A stretch of DNA of 64,000 bases from Podarcis gaigeae (GCA_964106915.2 OZ066916.1), one strand, 5' to 3'; positions 12,901 through 25,500 are shown, numbered from the stretch's first letter. The notes: generated from the letters alone by a model not told the origin. Program-made: numbers and translations.

Positions 12901-13784
12901 CACATGGTGCAGCTTTTGCTGGTTCAGACTGCCTGCTCACTTTATATGTAAAAAAACCTTTCTGCTCATAGCATTGTATGAGGCTAGATTATTTTGTTCC
13001 CCAGAGTTGGGGATGGATTTTTGTTATTGATTTTTAACCTCTGGTAGCATGATTAATTTGTAATCCAGCATATGCCACCTTGGGCACAGCTCATTGGGGG
13101 GAAATGTCATACAAACTAGATCCATTAATCACCTGCGGAAACATAGGGTTAAAATATGGACCTCTTTGCACCACATATAGATATGGAATTGACTACCATA
13201 AGATGAAGTGTTGCCCATCACCTTGGATGGCTTTAAACAGGGTTTAGACAAATTCATGCGTGAAACGACTATTATGTGCTGTGTCTGGTATTGGAGGCCA
13301 TCTGCTTCTGAATGCTAGATGGGGGTTTCAAGTGGGAGGTGCTGTTGCACATCCCATAGGTGTCTGGTTGGACACTGTGAGAATAGGATGCTGGACTAGA
13401 TGGGCCTTTGGCCTGATCCATCTCTTCTTACATTAAGCAGTATGGTCCAGCTACGTAACCCTGCTGGTTATATAACTTGGTCCTTAGAATATCTAACCAG
13501 AATACCTCGGGTTGAAGTTGCTTCAGGTTGAGCGTAACTGGTTGAGAAGTAACGGGACGTGTTACTTCCGGGTTTCACCGCTCACACATGTGCAGACACT
13601 CAAAATGACATCACGTGCATGCACAGAAGTGGCAAATCGTGACCCGTGCCCGCGCAGGCGCAGGTTGCGTTTGCTTCAGGATGCGAACGGGGCTCCTGAA
13701 CAGATCCCGTTCACATCCAGAGGTACCATTGTATTAAGATCTAATATATATTATGTCATTTTTTGTTTGTTACAGGCTAGTTGA
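3893..13784 (+). CDS. RASGRP3: RAS guanyl-releasing protein 3, 3' part (5' exons outside window); join 3893-3970,4922-5038,5570-5685,6673-6820,8802-8838,10839-10964,12232-12596,13776-13784
   Basis: Eight AG/GT-bounded exons join in frame (996 nt, 331 aa + stop): end of the RasGEF region ([22 protein letters not shown]), two EF hands ([26 protein letters not shown]), C1 domain ([42 protein letters not shown]) and a SQATQTEP motif, all matching RASGRP3 as recalled. Confidence 0.96.
4922..5038 (+). CDS. RASGRP3: RASGRP3 coding exon ([39 protein letters not shown])
   Basis: Poly-T tract, tandem TAG-CAG acceptor, gtaagt donor, 117 nt. Confidence 0.93.
5147..5277. mobile_element. Palindromic hAT MITE (ACTACAACTCCC core family)
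   Basis: Hairpin structure; 8-bp TSD gtgtcagt / gcgtcagt. Confidence 0.8.
5570..5685 (+). CDS. RASGRP3: RASGRP3 coding exon, EF hand 1
   Basis: [38 protein letters not shown]; ttttag / gtaagt. Confidence 0.95.
6673..6820 (+). CDS. RASGRP3: RASGRP3 coding exon, EF hand 2 and start of C1 domain
   Basis: [49 protein letters not shown]; aacag / gtaagt. Confidence 0.95.
7008..7147 (+). mobile_element. 5'-truncated retroposed insertion (L1/Tx1-like 3' end)
   Basis: Exact 18-bp direct repeat gagaatggtatcaaaagc at 6990-7007 and 7148-7165; G-rich tract, AATAAA at 7121 and a short A tail. Confidence 0.8.
7418..8066. mobile_element. Degraded non-autonomous DNA transposon with internal direct and inverted subrepeats
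   Basis: Repeated cttgaactgagcac / gcactcagttcaagc and tcagctga motifs; boundaries approximate. Confidence 0.45.
8136..8322. mobile_element. Tc1/mariner (Tigger-like) MITE
   Basis: TA|cagtagtacctc ... gaggttcgactg|TA; related to the copy at 57418. Confidence 0.8.
8802..8838 (+). CDS. RASGRP3: RASGRP3 37-nt coding exon, C1 domain
   Basis: [12 protein letters not shown]; long pyrimidine tract with tgcag / gtactg. Confidence 0.93.
8939..9163. mobile_element. Tc1/mariner (Tigger-like) MITE
   Basis: TA|cagtggtaccttgggtta ... taacccgaggtaccactg|TA; inverse copy at 31812. Confidence 0.87.
9198..9335. mobile_element. Palindromic hAT MITE with SPIN-like terminus
   Basis: cagtggttctcaacctgtgggtc ... 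gacccacaggttgagaa around the ACTACAACTCCCATCATCCC core; no clear TSD. Confidence 0.75.
9434..9744. mobile_element. hAT-type non-autonomous element nested in a short palindromic repeat
   Basis: Termini cagggccgtctt / aagatggctctg; 8-bp TSD gtagacat / gtaggcat. Confidence 0.78.
10839..10964 (+). CDS. RASGRP3: RASGRP3 coding exon, end of C1 domain
   Basis: (D)[41 protein letters not shown]; tccag / gtaaga. Confidence 0.94.
11510..12085. mobile_element. CR1 LINE fragments in opposite orientations
   Basis: Minus-strand ORF 11659-11952 ([29 protein letters not shown]...[11 protein letters not shown]) is a CR1 ORF2 C-terminus; the plus-strand part ggatggctttaaaagaggattagacaaattcatggagga is the ORF2 end. 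Confidence 0.88.
12232..12596 (+). CDS. RASGRP3: RASGRP3 penultimate coding exon, C-terminal tail with TQT (dynein light chain LC8-type) motif
   Basis: [34 protein letters not shown]...[10 protein letters not shown] in ORF 12165-12734; cgtag acceptor; donor GAG|gtgggt inferred. Confidence 0.88.
13190..13435 (+). mobile_element. CR1-type LINE 3' end fragment
   Basis: ttggatggctttaaacagggtttagacaaattcatg ... gctggactagatgggcctttggcctgatcca. Confidence 0.75.
13498..13731. mobile_element. Tc1/mariner (Tigger-like) MITE
   Basis: Right end gaggtaccattg|TA; left end degraded; ends about 45 nt before the last RASGRP3 acceptor. Confidence 0.7.
13776..13784 (+). CDS. RASGRP3: RASGRP3 last coding exon (AS*), followed by 3' UTR
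   Basis: ttttttgtttgttacag acceptor then GCT AGT TGA; parallels the two-residue final exon recalled for human RASGRP3. Confidence 0.7.
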   Translation, partial: AS

Positions 13785-14536
13785 GTGGCTGCTGCTGCTG
13801 CAAAGCTGGAAGATAGTTCAAGGAAGCACAATGTGATATTCCATAAATTGCCAGATTTGGTTGAACATCATTCCATTGTCAAATTCAGCAGTTTGGTTTT
13901 TTCCAAAATCACCTGTGAAAGAAATTTAATGACAGAGTTACCGTATTTATTTTTGTTCACATAGGTTAAGTAGTTTGATCAGTCTTGCACAGACAGAAAA
14001 CAAAGGAGTGTTATAGCTCCAGCGTGTCATTATTTGTTTCTATTTCTCGGGCAGCTGTGGTTCCAGACTATTTCACCAGCAAGGACACCTTGGCATTTGC
14101 AGCAATCACAGTTGTGGAAACCTGCCTGGCACATGTTAATATTTTGGTATATGTTAATGTCACACGTTCCGATATGGACAATGTGCTTTCCCCAGTTCTT
14201 TTGTTTGAGACTGCATTCTTTGTCTGGCACTGACAGCTACGTCATAAATGGGTGGCACTTGAAGACTTGCACAGCCTTGAGATTCTCTTATCACAAAGAA
14301 TACCTCTGCACAGTCATTTCATTTTCAGCTTTCGCCAGAATGTTTTGTTTTTTGTCCCCACCCCAACGAAGTGTGGAAGAGGTTTACATTTTTCTCCATT
14401 AAATTTGTAACAAGCTACTGCTGTGTGTGCTGCAAAGTCTCCCAGCAATAGTTCACTGGAAGATGTCACCTTCAACATATACCAGATGTGGAAAGGCTTA
14501 TGGAATACAGGTGCTATGATGAGTCATTGAAGGAAC

Positions 14537-14538
<2 letters not shown>

Positions 14539-14584
<46 letters not shown>
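14539..14584. repeat. (GA)n microsatellite in the RASGRP3 3' UTR
   Basis: About 23 perfect GA units. Confidence 0.95.
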
Positions 14585-14586
<2 letters not shown>

Positions 14587-14692
14587 TTTTCAAGTGCTAT
14601 GCCTTATGCTGAAGGATCAGGTAGTACACATTTTAGTTTAATGGTTACTGGTGTTTTGTTTTTACTCTTTTCAGCACACTAGAAGTTACCTA

Positions 14693-14698
14693 AATAAA
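14693..14698 (+). terminator. Probable RASGRP3 polyadenylation signal AATAAA
   Basis: AATAAA about 900 nt downstream of the stop; use is inferred. Confidence 0.55.
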
Positions 14699-16283
14699 AC
14701 ACTTGATTTCATAAAATGCAGTACAGAATGTTTAATGCAACTCAAGAATATACCAAAGCAGTGTGTCCTTCTGCAGAGATCATTTATGAAACCAAATTAC
14801 ACGGGTAAGCTATTGCCTGCCTGAGCTAAGCTTTCCTGGCTAGAAAATGAGAAAAATCCCCCATAACAGTGTGTCAGAATCTTTTATTCTACAATTTACC
14901 GACCATCTATCTTGCACCCAGATACTTGGGTTAGAGGTCTCTTCCGTGTTACTACACTACTAAAAGCCAGAGAAAGCATATAAAAATGAATTCTGTAGTA
15001 TTTATATTTATGCTATGCTAGAGAATAGGCATCCCCTCTAGTTAATTTACCTAAATGGTTAAACAGTTCCTGACTGATCTTTGGAACTCTCCAGGGATGC
15101 ACCAGCAACAATAATGTTTGATAAATGATGCATACAGGACTTTGTTCTGAGGGTTTCCCTGAACTATTGAGACTACAAAAATAACTGGCAGTATTACACA
15201 AATTCTGCCAGAACCAAAACCCCTGAAAACCTGGAGAGGCACTGCCAATCAGCATGGAGAATGCTGCACTAGATGGGTCAATGCTGTGATTCAGTACAAG
15301 GCAGCTTCCCGTGTGTCACTTAGATGTATCCTGGAACCATACGATGACAGCCACTCACATACTGTAAATCTTTTTCCATCTGCTGGTCAGCCTCTTTCTC
15401 TTGTACAATCATTTCCTAGCTCAAAAAGACTCATGGTATCCTATAGCCAGCACCATGCAAACAGGGCTAGCCACAGATTTTTTTAAAATAGCTGTATCAC
15501 CAGGAAGGAGAATGACCAGCATAATTGGCCTTGCCCACATAGTTCCAGTCTGCGACTGTTGACAACAAAGCAAGTTGTTGAAAAGGAGCCAGAGGTAACT
15601 TGAGAAAGGCCCCATTTGATTCTGGTATCTGCACATCCATCCCAATTCCATAGCCACTTCAGACGGTCTCTAACACAATTTTGTTACAGATCGAATCTAA
15701 GGAGCCAGCAGCTCCTTAGAATACTAAGGAGCAAGCAACATTTTATTCAAGCACAATTATGTTCACTAGTGTTAACTTATTGTTCAATTAACATGGTAGA
15801 TTAAACGGCACTACTGCACGTTTCACCCGTGCAAGCAGAATGCCTTCATGTTCTATAACAAAGTTCTTTTGCATTTTCATGGGTATGTGTAACTTATTCA
15901 AAGATCTCTGAAAACTAGTCTCACAGCCTATCCTAAGCACTGCTGGTTCCCGGCAAACCGTAACAAGGCATTCAGAAATACCAAGCTACTTGAAAATCTC
16001 ACCCTAGTTCCTTGCACTGAATCAGCAATATTTATACTCAAACTCAGCCCTTTTATTGCTTTCAGTATCTTTTGTGGTATGGCATAGAAAGATTGCATTA
16101 AAAACCCAATGCTTTCTGAGACCAAAACCCATCCGCAGAGATGCAGTAATTTAACGTCACGTGGAGACAAGGATGCATCATTTTCTAGGACATGGAACAC
16201 AGAAGCCACTTCAGTCTATTAGTAGGAATCAAGAACAACCTTTCTTTGTTGCTGCTTTTTTTTTTTTTTTACTTGTGGATCAG

Positions 16284-16302
16284 GAGCAACACCTAGTGGT
16301 CA
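16284..16302. promoter_or_regulatory. CTCF-like motif between the convergent RASGRP3 and FAM98A 3' ends
   Basis: gagcaacacctagtggtca resembles the CTCF consensus (reverse complement tgaccactaggtgttgctc). Confidence 0.4.
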
Positions 16303-17736
16303 TAAAAACCTTGACAACTTGATTGACCATTGTGATGCCAGTATGTATACTGTGACATTTTTTGGTACAGTGGGCTCCAGAATTCTGTGCCCACAATCTT
16401 ATTCTGTGTTAAGTCTGTTGATTTCCAAGCTATACATACCTAATGCTAATGGGTTACGGTTTGCAAGTAATCTATACCTTAGACATAAATAAGAATTAAT
16501 GTACTTCTAATAAGCTATGCAAAGCAATTAAATGCAATTGACCTTCTAATCAAAGTATAAAATACACATACCGAGTTAAATTGCATGCATTTACTTGCTT
16601 TCCGTATCTTAGTATGTTTACAAAATTCAGGTCTATGGTGAATTTAGGGTGTTCTTCTTGGTTAAAGACTTTGGTGGCAAAAGGCAAAGGAGAATACCAT
16701 ATAAGGAAACTGAAACTGAGTCCCAAGGTCAGGGAAGAGGAGCAAGTACAAAGCTATAACCTGATTTGTAGGCATGCAATAGAATGATAGTCCACTATCC
16801 TTTTTTTAAAGCAGTTTAAAAACACTTGCCAACACTTGATCAAGACGTTTTCTACATTCATGAGAATTAGCAACTTGGCTATGAATATGTTCTATGCAGG
16901 GAAACATAACGTTTATACTCCTTGACCTATAATAGCATCTAGGATCAAAAATTGCTTGTGAACAATACACCTGAAGGGGCAGAACCACCGCCTTCCATTT
17001 CCCTGCCACTACTAGCTGTTCTACTTGCTACAACCAAGAAACAGGCAGACAGGTGAGAAGCCCCATCCCTATTTGCAAGGAGCTTTTTGACCTCTGATGG
17101 AAGCCATTAAATGTCCCGCATTCTTAAAATCTAGGAGGCAAAATATATAGGTGAGACAGCCTGTTTCACCTGTCTAGTGTTTAACTATTCCTGCCACCCC
17201 CCCTTGTGCATGCAAGAGGGAAATGTGCACTTGGGAGGGAAGTACATGTGGTCTGTGCATGTGGGTCAGATGCACGGATGTGTGGCCTCGATGAGAGAGA
17301 AGTAGGTGAGGAAGGAAAGGCAGTATGAATATTGTGTTGCCTCTCCAAGAGGGAGAAATGTGGTGTACACCTGAGTGGCAGATGCATGTGTTTGTGGTTT
17401 GTGTGTGTGCAGTGTGCATGAGTGTGTGGCCACGTTGTGTATTTTTGGGGAAACTGGGGAATGCTTCCTGTTCTTATTAGCCAACAACCATGTAATAACT
17501 GTGGTGTGACGTCGACACTCAGGACAAAAGCTTACTTCCCATGGTAAGCCTGGCACTCTGGCAGCAGCACTGTCTACTGTCTCCAAACTTGGTCTATGCC
17601 CAGTGGCAGCCATTTTGTGGCTAGCATCCACAGCATTTTCTCTAAAGTCAAGCTGTGCCTGCTAGCTCAAAAATATTGGTAACCCATGCACCAACTGAAA
17701 GTTAAAGAGAAACAAACCAATAGGAGAACAGATACT

Positions 17737-17742
17737 TTTATT
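17737..17742 (-). terminator. Probable FAM98A polyadenylation signal AATAAA
   Basis: tttatt on +, about 1 kb past the stop, followed on - by a GT/T-rich element (tgttctcctattggtttgtttctc). Confidence 0.65.
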
Positions 17743-18752
17743 GCTCACCTTTTATACAATAGCACACCTTCAGCCATTTTTCTTTCACAGCTTGACAATG
17801 TTTCTGTACACACACGCACACTCACACTCATACACAAAAAAACCCCAGGCAAGGCGCACTGATGTAACTTTTAGTAAGGAAAACTGTAACAATCCCACCT
17901 GAAGGGCATTTTGTCTTAAGTTAGATGCCAAAAATTGAAACCATCCTATAATTGCTGATCAGTGGTATTAACTCGTGCACAAAACAAGTTTCAGCTTGCC
18001 ATTACTGCTAGCTAATTTCAAGTAAAAATTAGGCTGGTCAGGGGATCAACTGTTTTCTGGTGTGTGAAATGAATCTGAATTATGCTGAAGCACAAGGCTA
18101 CATATACTATCTGTTCACAACTTAGCTCGGTTTGTTATATGACCTTTGCGTGGCATGACAGTGGCTGGGTCTCTGATGGGGACATGAGTGTGGTTTTGAT
18201 CAATGAGAGATAAGGCTATTGAACAAGTCATCAGCAGTAGAGCTCATATAATAGACATGGACCCCGTGAAGTAGGCTGCAATTCTGTGCAGTTACAAATG
18301 CAGAAATCCAACCCACTTCAAAGAGTCTTGCACACAACTAACTACACACACCTGCAGCTTTACAATACAGGTTTGAAGTCAGCTTGTTGTCTACAGAAAA
18401 TCAGGGTGAAGAGCAATATTCAAAGTGGCTTGAAGAGCGGAAGATTCTTAAAGGAAGAATGAGCTCATGTAAAAACCGACAGACATACTAGTTTGCATAT
18501 TAAAGGTGTGACGGACATGTACTCAATTTTCCTTTAGTGAACAGAACCAGGGCTGCTGTCTTAAAGTTCTGAGCTTCCTGGAGTTGAAATGCTGCATTTT
18601 AGGCAGCATCAGACTTATGCGCACCTTTCGCAGGTGCTCAAAAGCAAAGATCATTTTCCAGAAGCAGCCTGACATGGCCTGGTACTAATTCAGAAAGAAA
18701 ACCATAGAAAATCTATTACATGAGCTCTGCCCAAATGGAAGCTTTTGCAGCC

Positions 18753-19529
18753 TCAGCTTGTGAAGTGTCTTCCTTGTCCAAATCCAGACTGATTGTACTG
18801 ATATCCCCCATGTTGGAAGTGCTGCTCAAATTGCCCCCCTTGATTAAAGTTCTGTGCACCTCTTGCTCCCCCCCAGCCACCTCCTTGCCCGCCACGGCCG
18901 CCGCGACCACGGCCCCGGCCTCCTCCACGGCCTCCACCTCGATCATTGGAGTGCCCATCTTGATATCTGTTGTCTTGCTGGTAGCTGCCGCCACCACCTT
19001 GATATCCGCTTCCTGAATATGAAGATTGATAACCACCATAGCCACCTCCTTGATAGCCGCCACCACCGTGATAACCCCCAGTTTGAAAGCTTGTGTCTCT
19101 GTAGTTACTATCCCTATAGTTGACATCTTGATAGCCACTTCCTCCACCATCAGTCCAGCCTCCTTGGGGTTTGCCTCCTCTGCCTCCCCCTCTGGCTCCA
19201 TAGTCATAGCCACCACGTCCTCGCCCTCCTCGCTCGTGACCCCCGTGTTCATGGCCTCCACGGCCTCCGTAGGATGAGTCGTACCCTCCGCGGCTGCCAC
19301 GGTCGTAGCCTCCTTGGTCATATCCTCCGCGGCCTCCTCGGTCATGGCCCCCTTGCTCATAGCCTCCACGACCTCCGTAGGACGACTCATAGCCACCTCT
19401 GCCACCCCTGCCTCCACCACTTTGCTGCTGAGGACCATCTTGCCTTTTTTGCCATGGTGGCATTTCGGGAGGAGGTGGTTCAATTTCGTTGGGTCTGCCA
19501 CCTCTGTCAGGCACTCGGCCCATTAATAC
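18753..19529 (-). CDS. FAM98A: FAM98A last coding exon, RGG/YGG low-complexity tail
   Basis: VLMGRVPDRGGRPNEIEPPPPEMPPWQKRQ...; ttttag acceptor; TGA at 18755-18753. Confidence 0.96.
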   Translation of the reverse strand, partial: VLMGRVPDRGGRPNEIEPPPPEMPPWQKRQDGPQQQSGGGRGGRGGYESSYGGRGGYEQGGHDRGGRGGYDQGGYDRGSRGGYDSSYGGRGGHEHGGHERGGRGRGGYDYGARGGGRGGKPQGGWTDGGGSGYQDVNYRDSNYRDTSFQTGGYHGGGGYQGGGYGGYQSSYSGSGYQGGGGSYQQDNRYQDGHSNDRGGGRGGGRGRGRGGRGGQGGGWGGARGAQNFNQGGQFEQHFQHGGYQYNQSGFGQGRHFTS

Positions 19530-22500
19530 CTAAAAGCAAAAGAAGGCAATGTGTTGGAAGAATTAACACAAGGGAAGAACTGCGCTACTTACAGTGTTAA
19601 AAACTCTGATATCTAAGCTAATCGCCAAATGGCACCTTAAACCTAGGTTATGGGTGCCACAATGGAATGTCTAGGTGCTTTTTTGCAATTGATATTATTC
19701 ACTTCATTTCTATACCATTTTATATTTTAAAGAACAAATCTAAAAGTGGTTTACATCAAATAAATAAAACAAATTCAAACTTCAAGGAAAATATTTCAGA
19801 TCCTTCTCTAAGGACTTGAATAAGTGACATTTTGCTTTTCCCAGTCGCCAACCTGGCATCCAGAGATCTCCATGTGATTGCAACTGGACCCACGCCAGTC
19901 ACAAAGCATGCCTGGTACCTGAATACACTATTTAATATATAAAATATAACACTATTTAATAATCTGAAAACACTGTACTTTAAAAAAAAAACGAGTTGAA
20001 ACGGAAGTACTGAAGAAGCGGGGTGGGAAGGATCTTTCAGCAGATCAAGATATAATCCTTTATTATAGCAGTGCTTAGGGATGGAGATGGTCCACATTTG
20101 GTATGCAGAAAAAATGGGCTTCCTTGCCCATTACGTTTCATTTTTAAATTTTCTGTTAGATATTTTCTCTTACTGACATAAGATATCTTCCAGATAGATT
20201 TTACATTTGGGACTCAGCAATATATTGCTCTTTTGCTTTAAATCTAAGGAAGCTTTGACTGTATTTTTTTCATTTCTGAAAATAATTAGTCTTGAAGAGG
20301 TAGTGGTGGTCCTTGTATAGTGGGGGGGGGGGGCTTTGTTTGGGATACCTAAATGACTACACAGTGACAGCAAGAGATATGCATTAGAAAACAGGCACAG
20401 CATCAACACTTCACATGGGTATTTTGGGGCTAGCATGCACTGGTCACCACCTAAAAAAAACAACTTTAAAGTGTTCTGCTGGGTGCACTGCTCTGGCAAG
20501 CGCTGGCAATGGACACTAGATAATCGCTATTTCCCCAGAGGGGCCAGGGTGTGTGTGGGAGAGAAAGTGGGGAGAGCAGCCAGTGTAGCGCAGGGGACCT
20601 CCTCAAGCCCTAATTATGGAATAGGGCAAGAGTATGACTCTCAAATATAATTGTGAAAATTCATGGCTGACATAGAATTTGCATCCACATTCATCCAGTC
20701 CCACATGGCTTCCACTAGGTTTTGCTAAATTTGTTGAAAGTCAAAATATGCTTCCACAGATAAGCACAGCTACAATAGAGGATTTTCTTGCTACATGACT
20801 ACCTTGTAATACTGCAAACCAGTATGACACTTACTGTACCTTGTGCAACACCGATTTATTACTAGCATGTACCTAGACTATTGCCAATAACCTTTAGCAA
20901 AATAATAAACCTTTAGCAAAATAATAAACAAGGAACTCATTCTAAAATATAGGGCTGTTTTTAACTCAAAAAGGCTGATCCTCTCTGCCAGAGTTCTTTA
21001 ACCTTAGGTCCCTGGTGTTGTTGGACTACAACTCCCACCATCCCCAGCCACCTTAACCAATGGTCAGGGAGGACGGGAGGTGCAGTCCAACAAAATTGGG
21101 GCCCCATGGTTGAAGAACCCTGCTCTGTGCTATATCAACATGTGACACAGAACAGTTAACAACTCCTGTGCAATGTAGCAGGTTGAACAGTTGGCATTGA
21201 AACCAGCTCCCCCCCCCCCATGCCATTTTGTAAACCTGGGAAAAGGAACCGTGGGAAGGGAGAGGCAAAACAGAGTATGTATTGAATGTGCTGAAAGCAT
21301 ACAAAAATTTCCCCATCAAGTTATTTAATATCCACAGCACAGTAGGAACTAAAATATATCAATGTGACAAAGGTACCTTATTAATAGCACATGCAGTCTT
21401 TTCTCTGATGGACCCGCTGCTCGTCCTCATAATCTTTGACAAGTCTTGCCGAGCTGCCAAGAGGTGAGCGACAGATATAGCGCATTTGGTAGTAAGGGTG
21501 GCACGCTTCGGCTGGTAGACTTTAGCCAATTTCTCTGTTTGGCTCTGTGATCCAAAAAAGAAGAGAGTCAACAGATGTAAACAAACATTCAGCTAAAAAT
21601 TAATTATTTACCAATTTAAACAACAACAGCTCCAAGGACAGATCAAGGCGCACATGGCAGGCAACTAACAATTCATGAGAAATGCTGTATGAGCTGATGG
21701 GAAAGTGCCTAATGGGACAATATACCAGCTTATATAAATAAGGTGTAAATCCAGCTTCGAAGTTCTCTCAAATGTTATTTTGTTCTTCCTCTACCTATTT
21801 TGCCAACCATTTTCCAAGTCTGTATCTCATGCTGCATTTCTGAAACTTGTTCAGACTGCATTTTAAAACTGCAGTTTCCCCCATTTACAGCTCTCCTGAG
21901 AAAAAATGGTTCAAAATAAATATTTATGAGGCACCGTAATATAGTGATTTGGGTACATTTTGTGAAGCAAATGATTAGCAATGCTATGGGGTAACTGTTC
22001 AATTAGAAGCGGAAAACTGCAAAGTGGTAATAATCCTTTCCTGATGACATTCTTATACTGGCAACGCATGTGAAATGCAGATACGCAGTGAGCTACACTA
22101 AAGTTTTCACTTGCCCCTAGCGCAAGTACACAGCTGATGATTAAATTTACTCCTAAGTGTCAACAAACGAGCTACCAAATGAAATATAAGCTTTAAACAA
22201 AAGTGCTTAGTACATTCAGAGACAAGTCAATTAAATTATGGTATACTTTCTACCATCAGAGAGCCATCAGAGAGTTTTTTTGGCAGACAGCAAAAAAGAA
22301 AAGAAAAGAAAAGAAGCTCTTTGCAAGGCCAAAGCAAGTTGCAGAATGCAAACTGTACCTTTGCTCGATCTGACCAGCCAAACGACTGGACAGTCACATC
22401 CAGACGTTTCACTAACAATTTCCTCCGGACTTCATATTCATTGGCTATGGCTTGATTAATAGCTTCAATTTTTTCCTGAAATAAAAATGCATATCACATA

Positions 22501-25500
22501 TTACACTGCTTCTCAGCCAGGGCATTCCTAGTGTGCAATGTACTAGCGTACTAAGCCAAGAAACAGCATCTCAGGCCCATGTGCTCCCCAATCATGTGCT
22601 GATCTGGGGGTTTCAATCCCAGTCTCTTAACACCATAGTTCCCTGGTTCTAAGTAATGGGGTAAGTAATGGGGACTTACAGATTAATGTTAGTTTACTAG
22701 CTACAAGTTTAAAGCACGGTCTGATTCCTGGCAAGTAAGCCAACATCAAATGACTGCTCCCCATTTTGGATGTAACAGAAAACCATACTTTAAAGAGGTC
22801 AGGATCGAATGGTCCTTCATCTTGACAACAATCAAGAACACGACAGTTCCATAAAGACTCAAAAGTTTTAAATCCAAATTGATAAAACTAACACTGATTC
22901 CTAGAAGAACTATAATATCAGTGTTCCTATTAGTGCTGTGACTGTAATGGAAGGCCAAGGTTTACATTTTCTTATCTATAAAATAAACACAACTATACAT
23001 ATTAAGAACAAATGCCAGGAAGAGAAGCATCAGATTAAATGTTCCAAGTAATTAGCTGCAGAATAAGAAAAAGGACCTCTGCAGCTCCTGCTTAAAAATG
23101 CCAAGACTAATTTTAGGATGGGCTATAGTTCCTGCCAAACAATGGCTCAGCATCACTGAAGACTTGGAGAGTAAAACCTTCCCCATATCAGGATGTCTAA
23201 AGACCCAGATCCTCTGTAACCTTCTACCGTATTTTTCGCCCCATAGGACGCACCTAGGTTTTTTTTGGGGGGGGGAATAAAGAAAAAAAACATTATTCCC
23301 CCCCCCAGGCACAGGTCTGGCGCGGGGGAAGCCTGAGCTTCCCCTGACCCCAGCCCCGTGAACAGCCTGCTATCCGCAAGCCTAGGGAGCCCGGCGGGAA
23401 GTCGCGCCGGTCTCCCCAGGCTTGCGGACAGCTGCGCGTAGCCCGGGCGTACTCTTCAGCGCGCCCCAGGCTTCAAAATGCAGGCAGCTCTGCGCAGCTC
23501 TCGGGAGCCCAGCGCAACTTTGCGCCGGGCTCCCTAGGGCTGCGCAGAGCTGCACGAAGCCCGGGACTGTGCGCACCGACCCCTCTCGCTCTCCAGGCTT
23601 CAGTGAAAGCCTGCATTCGCCCCATAGGACGCACACACATTTCCTCTTCATTTTTGGAGGGGGAAAAGTGTGTCCTATAGGACGAAAAATACGGTATTTA
23701 TAGGTGTATAAATATCACGCACTGCTGAACTGTCCCTGCCCCAAGTTGCATCGCTGCTTTAATTATGGTTTAATATCATCCTTAAATATGGGGTTCCTCA
23801 TCCTGCATTCCTGAGGGATGTCAAGATATAACAATCAATTGTGAATTTGGATGTGTTGAACTTGGGACAATCAAGAATCTATTTTCTCAAATGCATTTTG
23901 CTTCACTCTAAGTAAAACTGAGAACTTGATCAGAATTGGCTAGGCCTTGAGAAAAATCACACAGTTTTGCTTAATGTACATGAAAGAAAATATATAAAAC
24001 AAAAAGAGTCAAGGATAGAACAAAAAGAGTTTTACAGACATACGACTTACCCAATGAACTGGACCCAGTGGTTTTGACAGTAAAGGTTTTCCTACATGAT
24101 TTGCAGGAACCTTTGCTAATGTTTCTTTTAACTGTAATAAAAAATATACTATGTTAGAATACCACAGTATCATATAGTGAATGCTTGCTCTCTTCCCCAC
24201 CAAACATATGGATTTGAAAGGGAATTCGAATGCTTCATACATAATAGAAGCTACACAAAAGAATACATTCCTAAAATTTTCAGATAATTGTGTTGGTTTA
24301 AAATAAGAATCTTCTGCAATTCTTTAATAACATCATTATGACATCAGTAAAGTAAGCCACCTCTTATTAATGTGGGAAGGACAGACAACTTAAAAAAAAT
24401 TCTCAATTCAAGAATGAAAGCCTTTTAACCATATGTCTCGGTAAAAATAAGTTGCAGTGAGTTCTTCTGCTCAGGGTTCCAGGTGCTGCATTCCATTCCC
24501 ACCAGTGAACATTCTCTGCCCACTGAGCATGCTTAATTCTCACTGGCCGGTTGTTTGTTTTGCAGTGGGGATGTTCTTGTGCCTAACCCTAGCTACATTA
24601 AAATTTCTGATCACTCCATTAATATCTATGGGAAGGCCTCACTTCCACACCCTGGAGACAATTTAAAATAGCTTCTCAGTGTGAACTAGGAAGTGACCTC
24701 TTCACACCATGAGATAGTGCTTTATAAACTTTCATTTCTAGCCATCCTATTCCGACAGTTTTCCCCCGCCCTCTCTTAGTCTCTCAATAGGATTTGTTCC
24801 CCTGCCGCCCCCCCCCACAAAAAAACTGGATTTCCCCTCTAAAGAAAGTGAGTATCTGCAAACCTTAGCCTAACCCTAAATCTGCTGATACCGTTTTGCG
24901 TGCATGGATGGTATATTTTTGGTCACAAGCACAGGAAAACTTGCATTGCTATTAGAAATAATGATACCGAAGGACAGGCTTCCATCCAGTGGGTAGTGCC
25001 ATAACACACACACACACACACAACCTTTTCACTCTCAAGGGTTAGTTATAAATGCTGGAGGTTGTCCTTAAGAATGAGCCTACGCTATATACTAAGGTAA
25101 TCTTTGGAAGCCCTTCTCCAAGAGTCCCCAATAAATGCAGCAAGGTGGGGGAGATGGAAGAAAAGGGCCTTCTCAGTGGTGGTGCTACATTAGTGGAAAG
25201 CTCTCTCCAAGGTGGCTTGCCTGGTGCCTATTCCAATGTCTTTTCAGCCCCTTTCCTTTCCTGGTCTTTTCACTCCCTAATTTTACCCATTGTACGTTTT
25301 ATGCTACTTTATCTGCAGTATTTAAAATTCATTGCTTTAAACTATGCATTTTCCTTTGTATCTTATTGTTTTATTTATAAGCAGCCCTGAAATATGTTTA
25401 CTGAAGAGCAGCATATAAATTTATTAAGTAAACATAAAAACAAAAGCCTAATGAATAAGAGAGCTTGGATCCCAGGGCTTGCTTACGGTGCTCTATATAC

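Noticed and set aside
18716-19501. 261-aa alternative-frame ORF over the FAM98A last exon
   Set aside because: It has a non-ATG start. Gly/Arg-codon-rich DNA is naturally stop-poor in shifted frames, and nothing independent supports a product.
23382-23703. ORFs and CpG-island-like composition in a FAM98A intron (also 3459-3739, 9434-9744, 54387-55029)
   Set aside because: Explained by GC-rich transposon interiors with TIRs or TSDs, not promoters or genes.
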